Shown here: positions 19,020-29,188 of the stretch, piece by piece
Layout: the number at the start of each line of letters is the position of its first letter
Numbering within the stretch: the stretch's first letter is position 1
DNA from: an uncultured Planctomycetota bacterium
GTDB taxonomy: Bacteria; Planctomycetota; Planctomycetia; Isosphaerales; Isosphaeraceae
Direction: 5' to 3'
Assembly: GCA_963737655.1 (NCBI GenBank)
Contig: CAVTTN010000002.1
Location: 6,944,001 to 7,008,000 of the forward strand
Length of the DNA: 64,000 bases
The notes under the pieces: generated by a model
What the model was told of the DNA's origin: nothing
The model's input: only the letters and a program-made list of their open reading frames with translations
The model's database searches: none
Program-made: the position numbers and the translations under genes

Positions 19020-20159
19020 CGCGACGGCTTCCCTGCCCGGGAGGATGGGGGGTTCGGCCCGCGGATCTTGGCCCCGTCGCCCGGTTCGGTCCTGACCGAG
19101 GCGTCCGGCGCCCGGCCCGTCGTGCGTCTCGGCCCGAGGCGGATCGCCAGGGCCAGCACCACGGACACGCCGCAGCAGCAGAAGTAGAGGTAATGTAGCG
19201 GGAACGCCCCGAGGGCGAAACCCCAACCGCCCCGCCTCGCCAGGAAGCGGTAGAACGCCCGGTTCAGGACGGCCTGGACGAGCAATCCGAGGACGAAGAT
19301 CCCCGAGGCGGCCGGCACGATCGGAGACGCCGCCAGGGCCAGCCAGCCCAGGCCGGTCGAGGCCACGCAGGCCCTCTGCGACCGGCTCACGTTCAGGTCG
19401 CTCTCGGCCGATTTCGACCGGAGCATCAGCAGCATCCACGGGACTCCGCGATGGAAGACGTCCGTCACCAGCACCGATCGAAGCGTCCATCGCTTCAGAT
19501 GAGTGGCCTGAACGTCGCGGGCCAGGACCGTCTTGAGCCCGGCCCGGCCGAGCCGATAGCCGAGCTCGATGTCCTCGATGGCCGGCCGGCGATAGAGCGA
19601 CGGGTCGAACCCGCCGATGTCGAAGAACGCCGAGCGGCGGATCGCGCCGCAGCCGGTCCAGAACGTCTGGGCGGGGCGGGCGTCGTCCCGGAAATCGCCG
19701 TCCTGGTGGACGTAATGATGGAGCAAGTTGCGATAGCGGCTGACCAGCCCCGGCGCGGCCGGCGAATCGTCGTAGGACCCGAACAGGGCGGCAAGTCCGG
19801 GGTCGGCGTCGAAGCGGTCCAGGGCCCGCCTCAGGGCGTCGGGATGGAGGACCACGTCGGCGTCGAGGAAGAAGACGATCGGGGCGCTCGCGGCCTCGGC
19901 CCCGGCATTGCGCGGCGGCGGGGCCCCGCGGCGAATCGTGCCTCAGGACCTTCGCGCCGAACGATTCGGCGATCGCGCCGGAGTCGTCGATCGAGCCGTC
20001 GTCCACGACGACGACCTCCGGGTCGTCAACGCCGGAGGAACACCGCACGCCCCGGAGGCAGGGCCCCAGGACGGCGGCCCCGTCGCGGACGGGGACCACC
20101 ACCGAGAGCCTCGGCCTCCGGAGCGGCGGGCTCGCCGGACCGGCGGGGAAATCGTCCAT
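19004..20159 (-). CDS. Glycosyltransferase family 2; split by an indel near 19910
   Basis: LSVVVPVRD and VVVVDDGS lie in one frame; RNAG...FFLDAD, GGFD and EDIELGYRL lie in the next; C-terminal TM helices. Confidence 0.85.
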
Positions 20160-20346
20160 GACCCACCCTCGCCCGTCGTCTCGTCGCGGGCCGGAATGCG
20201 TCCCCGTCCCTGGGGTCGCCCGAACCCGCGAAGCCCGCCCCTCGCCGCCGTTCGTCGATGCGAGACCGAGTCGTCGAATCGCCCAGACGGCGGGGGTCGC
20301 GACGTGCGGACGGCTTGTACCCGGAAGCCGAAACGCTGTCAACGCA

Positions 20347-20371
20347 GGTGTTCGCGCTTCGCGGACCCTAC
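20347..20371 (-). repeat. Degenerate GTAG-type REP-like palindrome overlapping the DUF1501 stop codon
   Basis: Minus strand reads GTAGGGTCCGCGAAGCGCGAACACC; the TAG is the stop at 20368-20370. Confidence 0.5.
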
Positions 20372-21770
20372 AGGATCGCCCCGATCACCTCGCCGTGGAC
20401 GTCCGTCAAACGCCTTCGGATGCCGTTGTGATAGAAGGTCAGCTTCTTGTGGTCGATCCCCAGCAGGTGCAACACGGTCGCGTGGAGGTCGTAGACCGTG
20501 GTCGCCCCCTCGGCGGCGGCGTAGCCCACCTCGTCCGACTCGCCGTGGGCGAAGCCCGCCTTGAGGCCCGCGCCGGCCATCCAGCAGGTGAAGGCCAGCT
20601 GGTGATGGTCGCGCCCCTTGCCGCCGAGGCCCTGGGTGAACGGGGTCCGGCCGAACTCGGTCGTCCAGAGCACCAGGGTGTCGTCCAGGAGCCCCGCGCC
20701 TTCAGGTCCCGGAGCATCCCCGAGAGCGGCCCGTCCATCGAGGCGGCCTGGTTCCGGTGGTTCTCGACGATGTCTTCGTGACCGTCCCAGTTGATCCGGG
20801 GCGAGCCGAACGCCCCTCCGTGATAGAGCTGGACGAACCGAACGCCCCGCTCGATCAGCCGGCGGGCCATCAGGCAATTGCGGCCGAACCCCTCGGTCGC
20901 CGGCGAATCCAGCCCGTACAACCGCCGGGTCGCGGCCGATTCGCCGCGGAAGTCGATCGCCTCGGGGACGCTCGCCTGCATCTTCCCGGCGAGCTCGTAG
21001 GCGCGGATCCTCGCCTCCAGGGCCGAGTCTCCCGGGCGTTCCTCGGCATGCTCGCGGTTCATCGCCTGGAGCCGCCGGACGGCCGCGCCTCGACGACCCG
21101 CCGGCACGTCCTTCGGCGGGAACAGGTCGGCGATCGGCTCGTCGGACGATCGGAACATCACGCCTTGATGGTTCGCCGGCAGGAAGCCCGACGTCCAGTT
21201 GATCGCCCCTCCGGCGGGCTGGCCCCGGGGATCGGGCAGGACGACGAACGTGGGCAGGTCCTCGTTCTCGGTGCCGAGCCCGTAGGAGAGCCACGCGCCG
21301 AGGCACGGGAACCCGTTCATCGTGAACCCGCTGTTCATCTGGAACGTCGCCGGGGTGTGGTTCGACGACTTCGCCACCATCGCGCGGAGGAACGTCATGT
21401 CGTCGACGCACGAGGCCAGGCCCGGCAGCACCTCGCTGACCCACCGGCCGCTCTCGCCGTGCTGGCGGAACGCGAACGGGCTCTTCATCAGCCGGCCGAC
21501 CTGGCCGAAGAACGGCTCGATCTTCCCCTTGCCCTTCAATTCCTGGCCGTCTCGCTTCACCAGCTCGGGCTTATAATCGAACGTATCCAGGTGACTGACG
21601 CCTCCGCACGCGAAGACCTGAATCACCCGTTTGGCCCGAGCGGCAAAATGAGGAGGCATGCCCGCGTCGGCCGCCCTCGCCTCGTTCGCCAGGAGCCAGG
21701 ACAGCGCCACCGAGCCCAGGCCGGCGCCGGAGTCGAGCAGAAATCGTCGGCGATGAATCGGCCCGGGCAT
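20368..21770 (-). CDS. DUF1501 domain-containing protein (Tat-like signal); split by an apparent 1-nt deletion near 20693
   Basis: RRRFL signal, [31 protein letters not shown]; the next frame gives [17 protein letters not shown] and GRDH. Confidence 0.9.
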
Positions 21771-21780
21771 CGAATCCTCC

Positions 21781-21892
21781 GGAGGGTGCATGCAATGCAC
21801 CGTCATGTCGGGTGCATGAAATGCACCAACCAGCGGCGGGCGAAGCCCGCAACCGCTCTCTCCCCGCATCCGGTGCATTTCCCGCACCCTAC
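21781..21892. repeat. Cluster of three 21-bp GTAG-family REP units (two direct, one inverted)
   Basis: GGAGGGTGCATGCAATGCACC (21781-21801), GTCGGGTGCATGAAATGCACC (21807-21827) and inverted GGTGCATTTCCCGCACCCTAC (21872-21892). Confidence 0.85.
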
Positions 21893-24858
21893 TCGATCCA
21901 GAGGAACTCCGACGCATTGAGGAGCATCCACGCCACGTCGTCCAGGCCGTTGGTTTCGGCGAGTTCGGCGGCCCTCGCCCGCTCGGCCTCCGTGGGCGAC
22001 CGCCCCAGGACGATCCGATAGGCCCGGCCGATCGCGTCGCCACCCTCGCCGGCCTCGCGAGTCGCCCGGGCCGCCAGGGACCGGGCCTGCCTCGCCACGA
22101 ACGAGTCGTTCATCATCGCCAGGGCCTGCAGCGGCGTGGTCGTGGCGCCCCGCCTCGGCGCCTTCAGCGACGGGTCGGGGCAGTCCAGGGCGTCGAGCAA
22201 CGGGTTCCGGGCCGAGATCACGTGCATCCGGTAGATCGTCCTCCGCTCGAAGGCCGGGCCGTCGGGATCGGCGGGCGTGTACATGTTGGTATTGAAAAAT
22301 TTGATCGTGAACGGCCGGAAGCCCGGCCCTCCCATCGCGAGGTTCAGCCGCCCGCCGGCCGAGAGCATCGCGTCCCGGACCTCCTCCGCCTCCAGGCGTC
22401 GCGGGGGGAACCGCCAGAGGAGCCGAGAGTCCGCGTCCTTGCTCGCCGGCAACGGTTGAAAACGCGACGACTGCCGATAGGCGTTCGATGTGACGATCAG
22501 GCGATGAAACGCCTTGAATCGGCCCTCGCCGTCGCGGAATTCGCAGGCGAGCCAGTCGAGCAGCTCCGGGTGGGACGGCCTCTCGCCGGCCGCGCCCAGG
22601 TCGTTCGGCGTCCCGACGAGGCCGACGCCGAAGTGATAGTGCCAGGCGCGGTTGGCGACGGCCCTCCAGGTCAGCGGGTTGTCGCGATCGGCGATCCACT
22701 CGGCCAGTTTGCGGCGGCGATCGGCCTCCGGGGCCCGGGCCGAGAGGCCGAAATCGGGCGACGGCCTGGCGATCGCGGCGATCCCTCCGGCGGCGACCTC
22801 CTCGGCCGGCGCCTCCACGTCCCCCCGGACCAATCGGCGAATCACGCCCGGCTCGGCCGGATTGGCGGCGTAGACCTTCGCGCCAGGAGGCGCCGATGCG
22901 ATCTGGCGGCGGACCTCGTCGCGCTCGCGGACCCTCGCCTCCCGCTCGATCCGTTCGGCGGGGGTCAAGGCCGCCAGGACCCGTTCGATCGGGACGCCTC
23001 CCGGCCCCGCGCGGAACGACTCGGCCAGCTCCTCGGGCGTCAACGCACGATCATAGATCCGCGCTTCCAGGACCTCGCCCGCGAGGAACCCGTTGCCCGC
23101 GCCCGAGTGGCGGAGGCCGATCAGGACCTCCGAATTCCCGGCCGAAAACGCCCGCAAGCCCTCGCCGTCGGGCCGATACGGAGGCGCATAGGCGGCCCCG
23201 TCGCGATAGACCGCGATCGTGCCGTCGGTCGCGTAGGCGATGGCCACGTGGACGGCCCGGTTCGGCGCGATCGGCTCGTCGGGGGCGTCCAGGTCGCGCG
23301 ATCGCCGGAAGAATTCGCTCCCGGCCATCCAGCGGGCGGGGACCCGCTCGCCGAAGACGATGCCATCGAAGCTCGTGCCGTCTCGCGATTGGATCGTCAA
23401 CGCCGAGCCGCCCCGAGATCCCGGGGCCGGGCGGACCCAGGCTTCCAGCGTCTTCTCGCGGAGGTCGCGGGGCAGGGGGGCGGACCGCAGGTAGGCCGCC
23501 TTGCCCGGGAGCCTCAGGGCGCCGTCCTCGATCGTCGCCCCGCCGACGAGCGTCCCCCCGAGCCGGCCCTCGGAGTCGCTCGGGTCGCCGTCGAACGACC
23601 ACCGGGCCCACGGCTGAGGCCCCGTCGGACCGTCGGTCCGGATCCTCCTGCGGCCCTGGGCCTCGATGGCGGCGACCTCGGAATTCAGGCGATCGACGCG
23701 GCTCGCGAGCCGGTTCGCGGCCTCGATCCGCTCCGCGGCCTTCGCCTTCGGGAGGGCGTCGCGGTCGCCGTGGCGGACCCCGGCCACGGCCGCCGCGAAC
23801 CGGGTGTAGTCGGCCTGCTTCACCGGGTCGAACTTGTGATCGTGACACCGGGCACAATTGATGGTCACGCCCAGGAAGGTCTGGCCGACCGCCGCGACGA
23901 TGTCCTCGATCTCCTCCTCGCGGGTCCGGGCCCTCATCACCGCGCTGGCCTGGATGTTGTTCGCCTCGTCGTACGGCCCCGAGACGAGGAACCCGGTGGC
24001 GGCGACGGTCTCGGCCGAGGCGTCCGGCAAGACGTCCCCGGCGACCTGTTCGCGGACGAAGTCGCGATACGGCCGGTCGTCGTTCAGGAATCGGATCACG
24101 TAATCGCGATAGGGCCAGGCATTCTCCCGCAACTTGTCATATTCGAACCCGTCGGACTCGCCGAACCGGGCCACGTCCAGCCAGTGGCGGGCCCATTTCT
24201 CGCCGTATCGAGGCGAGGCGAGCAGGCGATCGACGGCCTTCTCGTACGATTCGGGCGAATCGTCCTCCAGGAACGCCGCGATCTCCTCGGGGCCCGGCGG
24301 GAGGCCGGTCAGGTCGAACGTGAGCCGGCGGAGGAGCGTCCGGCGGTCGGCCGGGGGCGACGGCTTCAGCCCCTGCGCCTCCAATCGGGCCATCACGAAG
24401 GCGTCGACCGGGTTCTTGACCCACTCGCGGGCCGTCACGGCCGGCAGGTCGGGCCGTTCCAGGGGGCGGAAGGCCCAGCGGCCCTCCTCGGGGTCGGTCG
24501 GCTCCGACGGGACCTCCAGGACGCCCGGCCACTTCGCCCCGCCATCGACCCACGCCCTCAGGGCCGCGATCTCGGGGTCGCTCAGGGGCGATTTCGGCGG
24601 CATCTTGCGGGCCGTCGCCAGCTTGACCATCCGGCTCCGGGCCGATTCGCCCGGCACCAGCGCCGGCCCCGCCTCCCCGCCTCGCAATGCGGCCTCGCGA
24701 GAGGTCAAATCCAGCCCGCCCGACGCCTCCTCGCCATGATGGCACCGGACGCACCGGCGGACGACCGCCAGGCCGGGATCGTCGTCGGCCGTCGTCGCCG
24801 CCGCGCTCGCGGCCAGGACCAGCAAGACGCCGACGCAACCCCGTGGATCGAGCCTCAT
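21889..24858 (-). CDS. Planctomycete cytochrome c / DUF1549 / LamG-like / DUF1553 (PSD1) protein
   Basis: Signal peptide, CVRCH heme motif, NPVDAFV, LLRRLTFDLTGLPP, YGEKWARHWLDVARF, CARCHDHKFDP, a LamG-like insert, PSHPELLDWLA, TTTPLQAL. Confidence 0.92.
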   Translation of the reverse strand: MRLDPRGCVGVLLVLAASAAATTADDDPGLAVVRRCVRCHHGEEASGGLDLTSREAALRGGEAGPALVPGESARSRMVKLATARKMPPKSPLSDPEIAALRAWVDGGAKWPGVLEVPSEPTDPEEGRWAFRPLERPDLPAVTAREWVKNPVDAFVMARLEAQGLKPSPPADRRTLLRRLTFDLTGLPPGPEEIAAFLEDDSPESYEKAVDRLLASPRYGEKWARHWLDVARFGESDGFEYDKLRENAWPYRDYVIRFLNDDRPYRDFVREQVAGDVLPDASAETVAATGFLVSGPYDEANNIQASAVMRARTREEEIEDIVAAVGQTFLGVTINCARCHDHKFDPVKQADYTRFAAAVAGVRHGDRDALPKAKAAERIEAANRLASRVDRLNSEVAAIEAQGRRRIRTDGPTGPQPWARWSFDGDPSDSEGRLGGTLVGGATIEDGALRLPGKAAYLRSAPLPRDLREKTLEAWVRPAPGSRGGSALTIQSRDGTSFDGIVFGERVPARWMAGSEFFRRSRDLDAPDEPIAPNRAVHVAIAYATDGTIAVYRDGAAYAPPYRPDGEGLRAFSAGNSEVLIGLRHSGAGNGFLAGEVLEARIYDRALTPEELAESFRAGPGGVPIERVLAALTPAERIEREARVRERDEVRRQIASAPPGAKVYAANPAEPGVIRRLVRGDVEAPAEEVAAGGIAAIARPSPDFGLSARAPEADRRRKLAEWIADRDNPLTWRAVANRAWHYHFGVGLVGTPNDLGAAGERPSHPELLDWLACEFRDGEGRFKAFHRLIVTSNAYRQSSRFQPLPASKDADSRLLWRFPPRRLEAEEVRDAMLSAGGRLNLAMGGPGFRPFTIKFFNTNMYTPADPDGPAFERRTIYRMHVISARNPLLDALDCPDPSLKAPRRGATTTPLQALAMMNDSFVARQARSLAARATREAGEGGDAIGRAYRIVLGRSPTEAERARAAELAETNGLDDVAWMLLNASEFLWIE

Positions 24859-25049
24859 GGCCTGCCCTCCGCGCCCGGCGCGTCTCGAATCTCGTCTGGG
24901 TCGAGCATAGCCGGGCCGGGGTCGGAATGGAAATGGGACGATCCCCCCGCTTTCGCCGGGCCTCCGAATTTGATAAGTCTGGGAGGGACCATCCGCCGAC
25001 CCGCACGATCGGCCCGCCCCCCGATTCATCGATCCGAGGACCCGAGAAG

Positions 25050-26546
25050 ATGACCCGCGTCCGAAGCCTCGTCGTCGGAGCCTCCGTCGCGGCCGTCCTG
25101 ATGACGGCCGGGGCCTTGCCCCCCTCCTCGGCCCAGGATCAGCCCGCCGCCGCCGCCGCCAAGCCCGCCGAGGCCCCGAAGCCGGCCACCGTCAAGGTCA
25201 CGAAGGAGACCCTCAAGGTCGAGACCGCCCTCAAGGGCACCGTCGAGGCCGACAACGCCGCCGAGGTCTCGATCCGCCCCGAGGCCTGGGCCGGCGCCCT
25301 GACCGTCGTCAAGGCCGTCGAGCACGGCGCCTCGGTCAAGAAGGGCGACGTCCTGGTCGAGCTCGAGATGGAGAAGATCGACCAGGCCATCAAGGACCTC
25401 CGCATCGACCGCGAGCTCGGCGAGCTCTCGCTCCGACAGACCGAGGAGGAACTCCCCGTCCTCGAAAAGCTCCTCCCGCTGGACCTCGCCGACGCCGAGC
25501 GCGAGAAGAAGCAGGCCGACGAGGACCTCGTCCGCTACCTCGAAGTCGACAAGCCCCAGTCCGAAAAACTCGCCGAATTCCTGCTGAAGAACTCGGCCCA
25601 CAACCTCGAATATGTCCAGGAGGAGCTCAAGCAGCTCCAGAAGATGTACCGGACCAAGGACCTGACCGAGGAAACCGAGGAGATGATCCTCAAGAGGCAG
25701 AGGCACCAGGTCGAGGCCAGCGAATTCCAGCTCAAGAACGCCCAGATCCGCCACGACCAGACGCTCAAGATCGACCTCCCCCGCCAGGAGCAGAAGGCCC
25801 GGGACGGCGTGATCCGCCAGGCCCTGGCCCTGCAACGGACGAGGATCACCCTCCCCTCCGCCCTGAACACCAAGCGCCTGGCCCTGGCCAAGCAGCGCAT
25901 CGAGCGCGAGAGGACCGCCGAGAAGCTCGCCGAGCTGGAGAAGGACCGCGAGGCCATGATCGTCCGCGCCCCCAGCGACGGCGTGGTCTACTACGGCAAG
26001 GCCGCCCGCGGCACCTGGGGCGGGGCGACCGCCTACCTCGCCAAGCTCCAGAAGGGCGGCACGCTGACGCCCTCCGACGTCTTCATGACCGTCGTCGCCC
26101 CCCGCCCCGTGTTCGTCCGCGCCGGCGTCGAGGAGAAGGAAGTCGGCCTCCTCAAGGCCGGGATGAAGGGCAAGGCCGTCCCGGTGGCCTATCCCGACAT
26201 GATCATCCCCGCAACCCTCGCCAAGGTCTCCGCGATCCCCCAGTCCCCCGGCAATTTCGAGGCCCGGATCGACCTGGCGACCGACAAGGTCGCGGACGCC
26301 GACGCCCTCGCCCCCGGCATGGCCGTCTCCGTCACGATCGTCTCCCTGAAGAAGGAGAACGTGCTGACCGTCCCCGCCTCGGCCGTGTTCACGAATGAGG
26401 ACGACGACTCCAAATTCGTGTACGTCTTCGGGAAGGACGACAAGCCGGAGAAGAAGGCCGTGAAGGTCGGCAAGGCCGTCGGCGGCAAGGCCGAAATCCT
26501 TGAGGGACTCAAGGACGGCGACGAAATCCTCGCGAACAAGCCCTGA
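25050..26546 (+). CDS. HlyD/RND-family periplasmic adaptor (membrane fusion protein) with long coiled coil
   Basis: Signal peptide; lipoyl half-motifs VEHGASVKKGDVLVEL and IVRAPSDGVVYY flanking a ~190-aa helix; PGMAVSV, VPASAV, EILEGLKDGDEI. Confidence 0.85.
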   Translation: MTRVRSLVVGASVAAVLMTAGALPPSSAQDQPAAAAAKPAEAPKPATVKVTKETLKVETALKGTVEADNAAEVSIRPEAWAGALTVVKAVEHGASVKKGDVLVELEMEKIDQAIKDLRIDRELGELSLRQTEEELPVLEKLLPLDLADAEREKKQADEDLVRYLEVDKPQSEKLAEFLLKNSAHNLEYVQEELKQLQKMYRTKDLTEETEEMILKRQRHQVEASEFQLKNAQIRHDQTLKIDLPRQEQKARDGVIRQALALQRTRITLPSALNTKRLALAKQRIERERTAEKLAELEKDREAMIVRAPSDGVVYYGKAARGTWGGATAYLAKLQKGGTLTPSDVFMTVVAPRPVFVRAGVEEKEVGLLKAGMKGKAVPVAYPDMIIPATLAKVSAIPQSPGNFEARIDLATDKVADADALAPGMAVSVTIVSLKKENVLTVPASAVFTNEDDDSKFVYVFGKDDKPEKKAVKVGKAVGGKAEILEGLKDGDEILANKP

Positions 26547-26593
26547 GCCGGGCCCGCGTCCATCCCCGTCCTCACGGCCCTCGGGAGGTCTCC

Positions 26594-27808
26594 ATGCTTC
26601 GCAAGCTGCTCTTCGTGTTGGGATGTTCCCTCGCCCTGGCCTCGGGACCGGCCCTCCGGTCTCGGGGCCAGGAACCCGCCCCGGCGAAGCCGGAGGCCGG
26701 GCCCGAGGCCGACCGCGAGGTGAATCTCCACCCCGGCCCCCCCGAGCCCATCGACCCCCAGCAGATCGATTCGGCGATCCGCGAGGGCCGCAACTTCCTG
26801 CTGAAGGACCAGAACGAGGACGGCTCCTGGGGCTCGCCCGAGAAGACCAAGAACCTCAACATCATGGCCGGAATCGGCTCGCACCACGCCTTCCGCGTCG
26901 CCGTGACCTCGCTCTGCGTGGCCGCCCTGATCGAGACCGACGACGGCTCCGACGGCGTCCGCAAGGCCATCGAGCGGGGCGAAGCCTTCCTGATGAAGGA
27001 GCTGCCCAACGTCCGTCGCGACGACCCCATGCTCATCTACAACGTCTGGGCCCACGCCTACGGCATCGACGTCCTCACCTTGATGCACCGGCGCAAGCCC
27101 GACGACGCCGACCGCAAGGCGAAGATCGAGGCCGAGATCCGCCAGCAGTACGACCGGCTCACCCGGTACGAGTCGGTCGAGGGGGGCTGGGGCTACTACG
27201 ACTTCAAGGCCGGCACCCAGAGGCCCGCCACCGACTCCACCAGCTTCGTCAACGCCGCCGTCCTCGTCGCCTTCCACCAGGCCAAGGGGATCGGCGTCCC
27301 GCCTCCCGAAAAGATCACCAGGCGCGCCATCGAGATCACCCAGGAGCAGAGGCTCCCGGATTTCAGCTATCTTTATGGCACTTACCTCAAATTCAGGCCG
27401 AGGATGGGCATCAATCGCCCCGGAGGCAGCCTCGGCCGGTCCCAGGCGTGCAACCTCGCGCTCCGGCTCTGGGGCGACGAGAAGGTCACGCTCGACGTCA
27501 TGAAGGAGTGGCTCGACCGCCTGATCTCCCGCAACGGCTGGCTGGACATCGGCCGGAAGAGGCCGATCCCCCACGAGTCCTACTTCCAGGTCGCCGGCTA
27601 TTTCTACTACTTCGGCCACTACTACGCGGCCCTGTGCATCGAGCAGCTCGACGCCCAGGACCGGCCCTTCTACAAGGACCACCTCGCCAAGATCCTCCTC
27701 AAGGTGCAGGAGCGAGACGGCTCGTGGTGGGACTACCCGCTCTACAACTATCACCAGCAATACGGGACCGCCTTCGCAATCCGGTCGCTGAAGCACTGCA
27801 AGAAGTAG
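26594..27808 (+). CDS. Secreted prenyltransferase/squalene-oxidase-repeat (alpha/alpha toroid) protein
   Basis: Signal peptide and QW-like repeats QNEDGSWG, GGWGYY, QRLPDFSY and QERDGSWW. Confidence 0.8.
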   Translation: MLRKLLFVLGCSLALASGPALRSRGQEPAPAKPEAGPEADREVNLHPGPPEPIDPQQIDSAIREGRNFLLKDQNEDGSWGSPEKTKNLNIMAGIGSHHAFRVAVTSLCVAALIETDDGSDGVRKAIERGEAFLMKELPNVRRDDPMLIYNVWAHAYGIDVLTLMHRRKPDDADRKAKIEAEIRQQYDRLTRYESVEGGWGYYDFKAGTQRPATDSTSFVNAAVLVAFHQAKGIGVPPPEKITRRAIEITQEQRLPDFSYLYGTYLKFRPRMGINRPGGSLGRSQACNLALRLWGDEKVTLDVMKEWLDRLISRNGWLDIGRKRPIPHESYFQVAGYFYYFGHYYAALCIEQLDAQDRPFYKDHLAKILLKVQERDGSWWDYPLYNYHQQYGTAFAIRSLKHCKK

Positions 27809-27955
27809 GGTGCATGAAATGCACCAACACCGCGGCCGGAGGCCGCCATCCTTTGGCCGCCATCCTCGACGATCGAGAATCGCGGACAGGACGGGGACAG
27901 GCTCCCCGTCCTGTCCGCGATCCTGGGTGGGCCTGGTGCATTTCGTGCACCCTAC
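27805..27955. repeat. REP doublet (REPIN-like): inverted GTAG REPs enclosing a perfect 19-bp hairpin
   Basis: GTAGGGTGCATGAAATGCACC (27805-27825) and GGTGCATTTCGTGCACCCTAC (27935-27955); internal stem 27879-27897 pairs with 27903-27921. Confidence 0.9.
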
Positions 27956-27965
27956 ATTTGTGGAT

Positions 27966-28322
27966 TCAACGGTCGGACCTCGCGAGGCGGAGCCCTTCGA
28001 CCTCGCGGAGTTCCTCCAGATAGCGGTGTGCCCGCCGCCTCAGGCGGAAGTAGCCGGTCCACGCGGCGATCAGGATCGGGCCGGGCAGGACGGCCGCGAC
28101 CACCAGGCCGTACAGCGGCTTGCCGAACGCCGAGAACAGGGCGACGAACAGCAGGGCGATCCCCCCGCCCACGGCCGTCATCACCCACGTCATGGCCCGG
28201 AACCGCGAGAGTTGCTCCTCGACCGGGCCGTCTCCCGGCCTGATCCGCCCGAGCTTCCGCCGCCATCTCCGCTCGCGGTCGGGCCAGGAAGCGAGGCGAT
28301 CGATCCCGTTGATTTCGGTCAT
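27966..28322 (-). CDS. Hypothetical protein with two TM helices
   Basis: Hydrophobic hairpin (WVMTAVGGGIALLFVALF...LYGLVVAAVLPGPILIAAW); starts 17 bp after the DUF72 stop. Confidence 0.65.
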   Translation of the reverse strand: MTEINGIDRLASWPDRERRWRRKLGRIRPGDGPVEEQLSRFRAMTWVMTAVGGGIALLFVALFSAFGKPLYGLVVAAVLPGPILIAAWTGYFRLRRRAHRYLEELREVEGLRLARSDR

Positions 28323-28339
28323 GGAACGATGTGCTCGAA

Positions 28340-29188
28340 TCAGAATAAAGTGGTCCGACGTTCCGGCGGGGGCGTCGGCTCGGGCAGGCCGAGCCGCCCT
28401 CGCAGCCCCTTCAGCGTGTCGGGCGAATATCCCGCGAAATGATTGGCCGCGAAGACGGCCACCGGCACCCTCTCGGCCATCGACCGCACCACGACGGCCG
28501 CCTCATCCAGCTCGGCCGAGCGGTCGACCACCGTGCGATCCCACGTCTGCGTGAGCTTCTCGATCCCCTCGCGGTCGCCGATCAGCCGGACCATCGCCAG
28601 GGGCCCGGTCACCGGGTCGAGCGTCCCGGCGATCGTCGAGGGGGACGGCATCCACTTCTGTTCGGTCAACACGAACGCCGAGTCGTGGGCCTTCAGGACC
28701 GCCAGCAACGCCTCGCCCACCCATCGCGGGTTGCGGATTTCCACGGCCAGGCGGACCCGCTCATGAGGCCACTCGGCGAGGAACGCCCCGAGCGTCTCCA
28801 GGAACGCCCCGAGCGAGCCGAACGCCTTCTGGTTGAAATAGCCCATCTGCAACAAGGCGCAAAACACCTTGTTTCCCAAAGGTTCGATCGACGAGACGAA
28901 CCCCGCGACCTCCTCCGAACACTGCTTCAACGCTTTCTCATGAGTGATGACCTTCGGGACCTTCAGCACGAACCGGAACCCCTCGGGCGTGCGGTCGCGC
29001 CAGCCCCGGACCATCCTCGGCGTCGGCGGCCGATAGAAGGTGCTGTCCACCTCCACGATCGAGAACCTGCCCGAGTAGTACTCCAGGAAGTCGCCCGCGT
29101 CCATGCCGTCGGGATAGAACGGGCCGACCCAGTCCGGATAGCTCCACCCGCTGGAGCCGAGCAAGATGGGGTGCGTCGAGCGAGCCAT
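28340..29188 (-). CDS. DUF72 (YecE-like) domain-containing protein
   Basis: GSSGWSYPDW, VEVDSTFY, FVLKVPKVITH, AVEIRN, ANHF. Confidence 0.92.
   Translation of the reverse strand: MARSTHPILLGSSGWSYPDWVGPFYPDGMDAGDFLEYYSGRFSIVEVDSTFYRPPTPRMVRGWRDRTPEGFRFVLKVPKVITHEKALKQCSEEVAGFVSSIEPLGNKVFCALLQMGYFNQKAFGSLGAFLETLGAFLAEWPHERVRLAVEIRNPRWVGEALLAVLKAHDSAFVLTEQKWMPSPSTIAGTLDPVTGPLAMVRLIGDREGIEKLTQTWDRTVVDRSAELDEAAVVVRSMAERVPVAVFAANHFAGYSPDTLKGLRGRLGLPEPTPPPERRTTLF

Noticed and set aside
21781..21892. Possible mini CRISPR array from the 21-bp repeats
   Set aside because: The units are in mixed orientation with 5-44 bp irregular gaps, are dispersed to other loci, and no cas genes are present; REP elements fit better.
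27810..27830. Recurrent peptide MHEMH / GCMKCT in several ORF translations as a protein motif
   Set aside because: It is only the translation of the REP DNA repeat.
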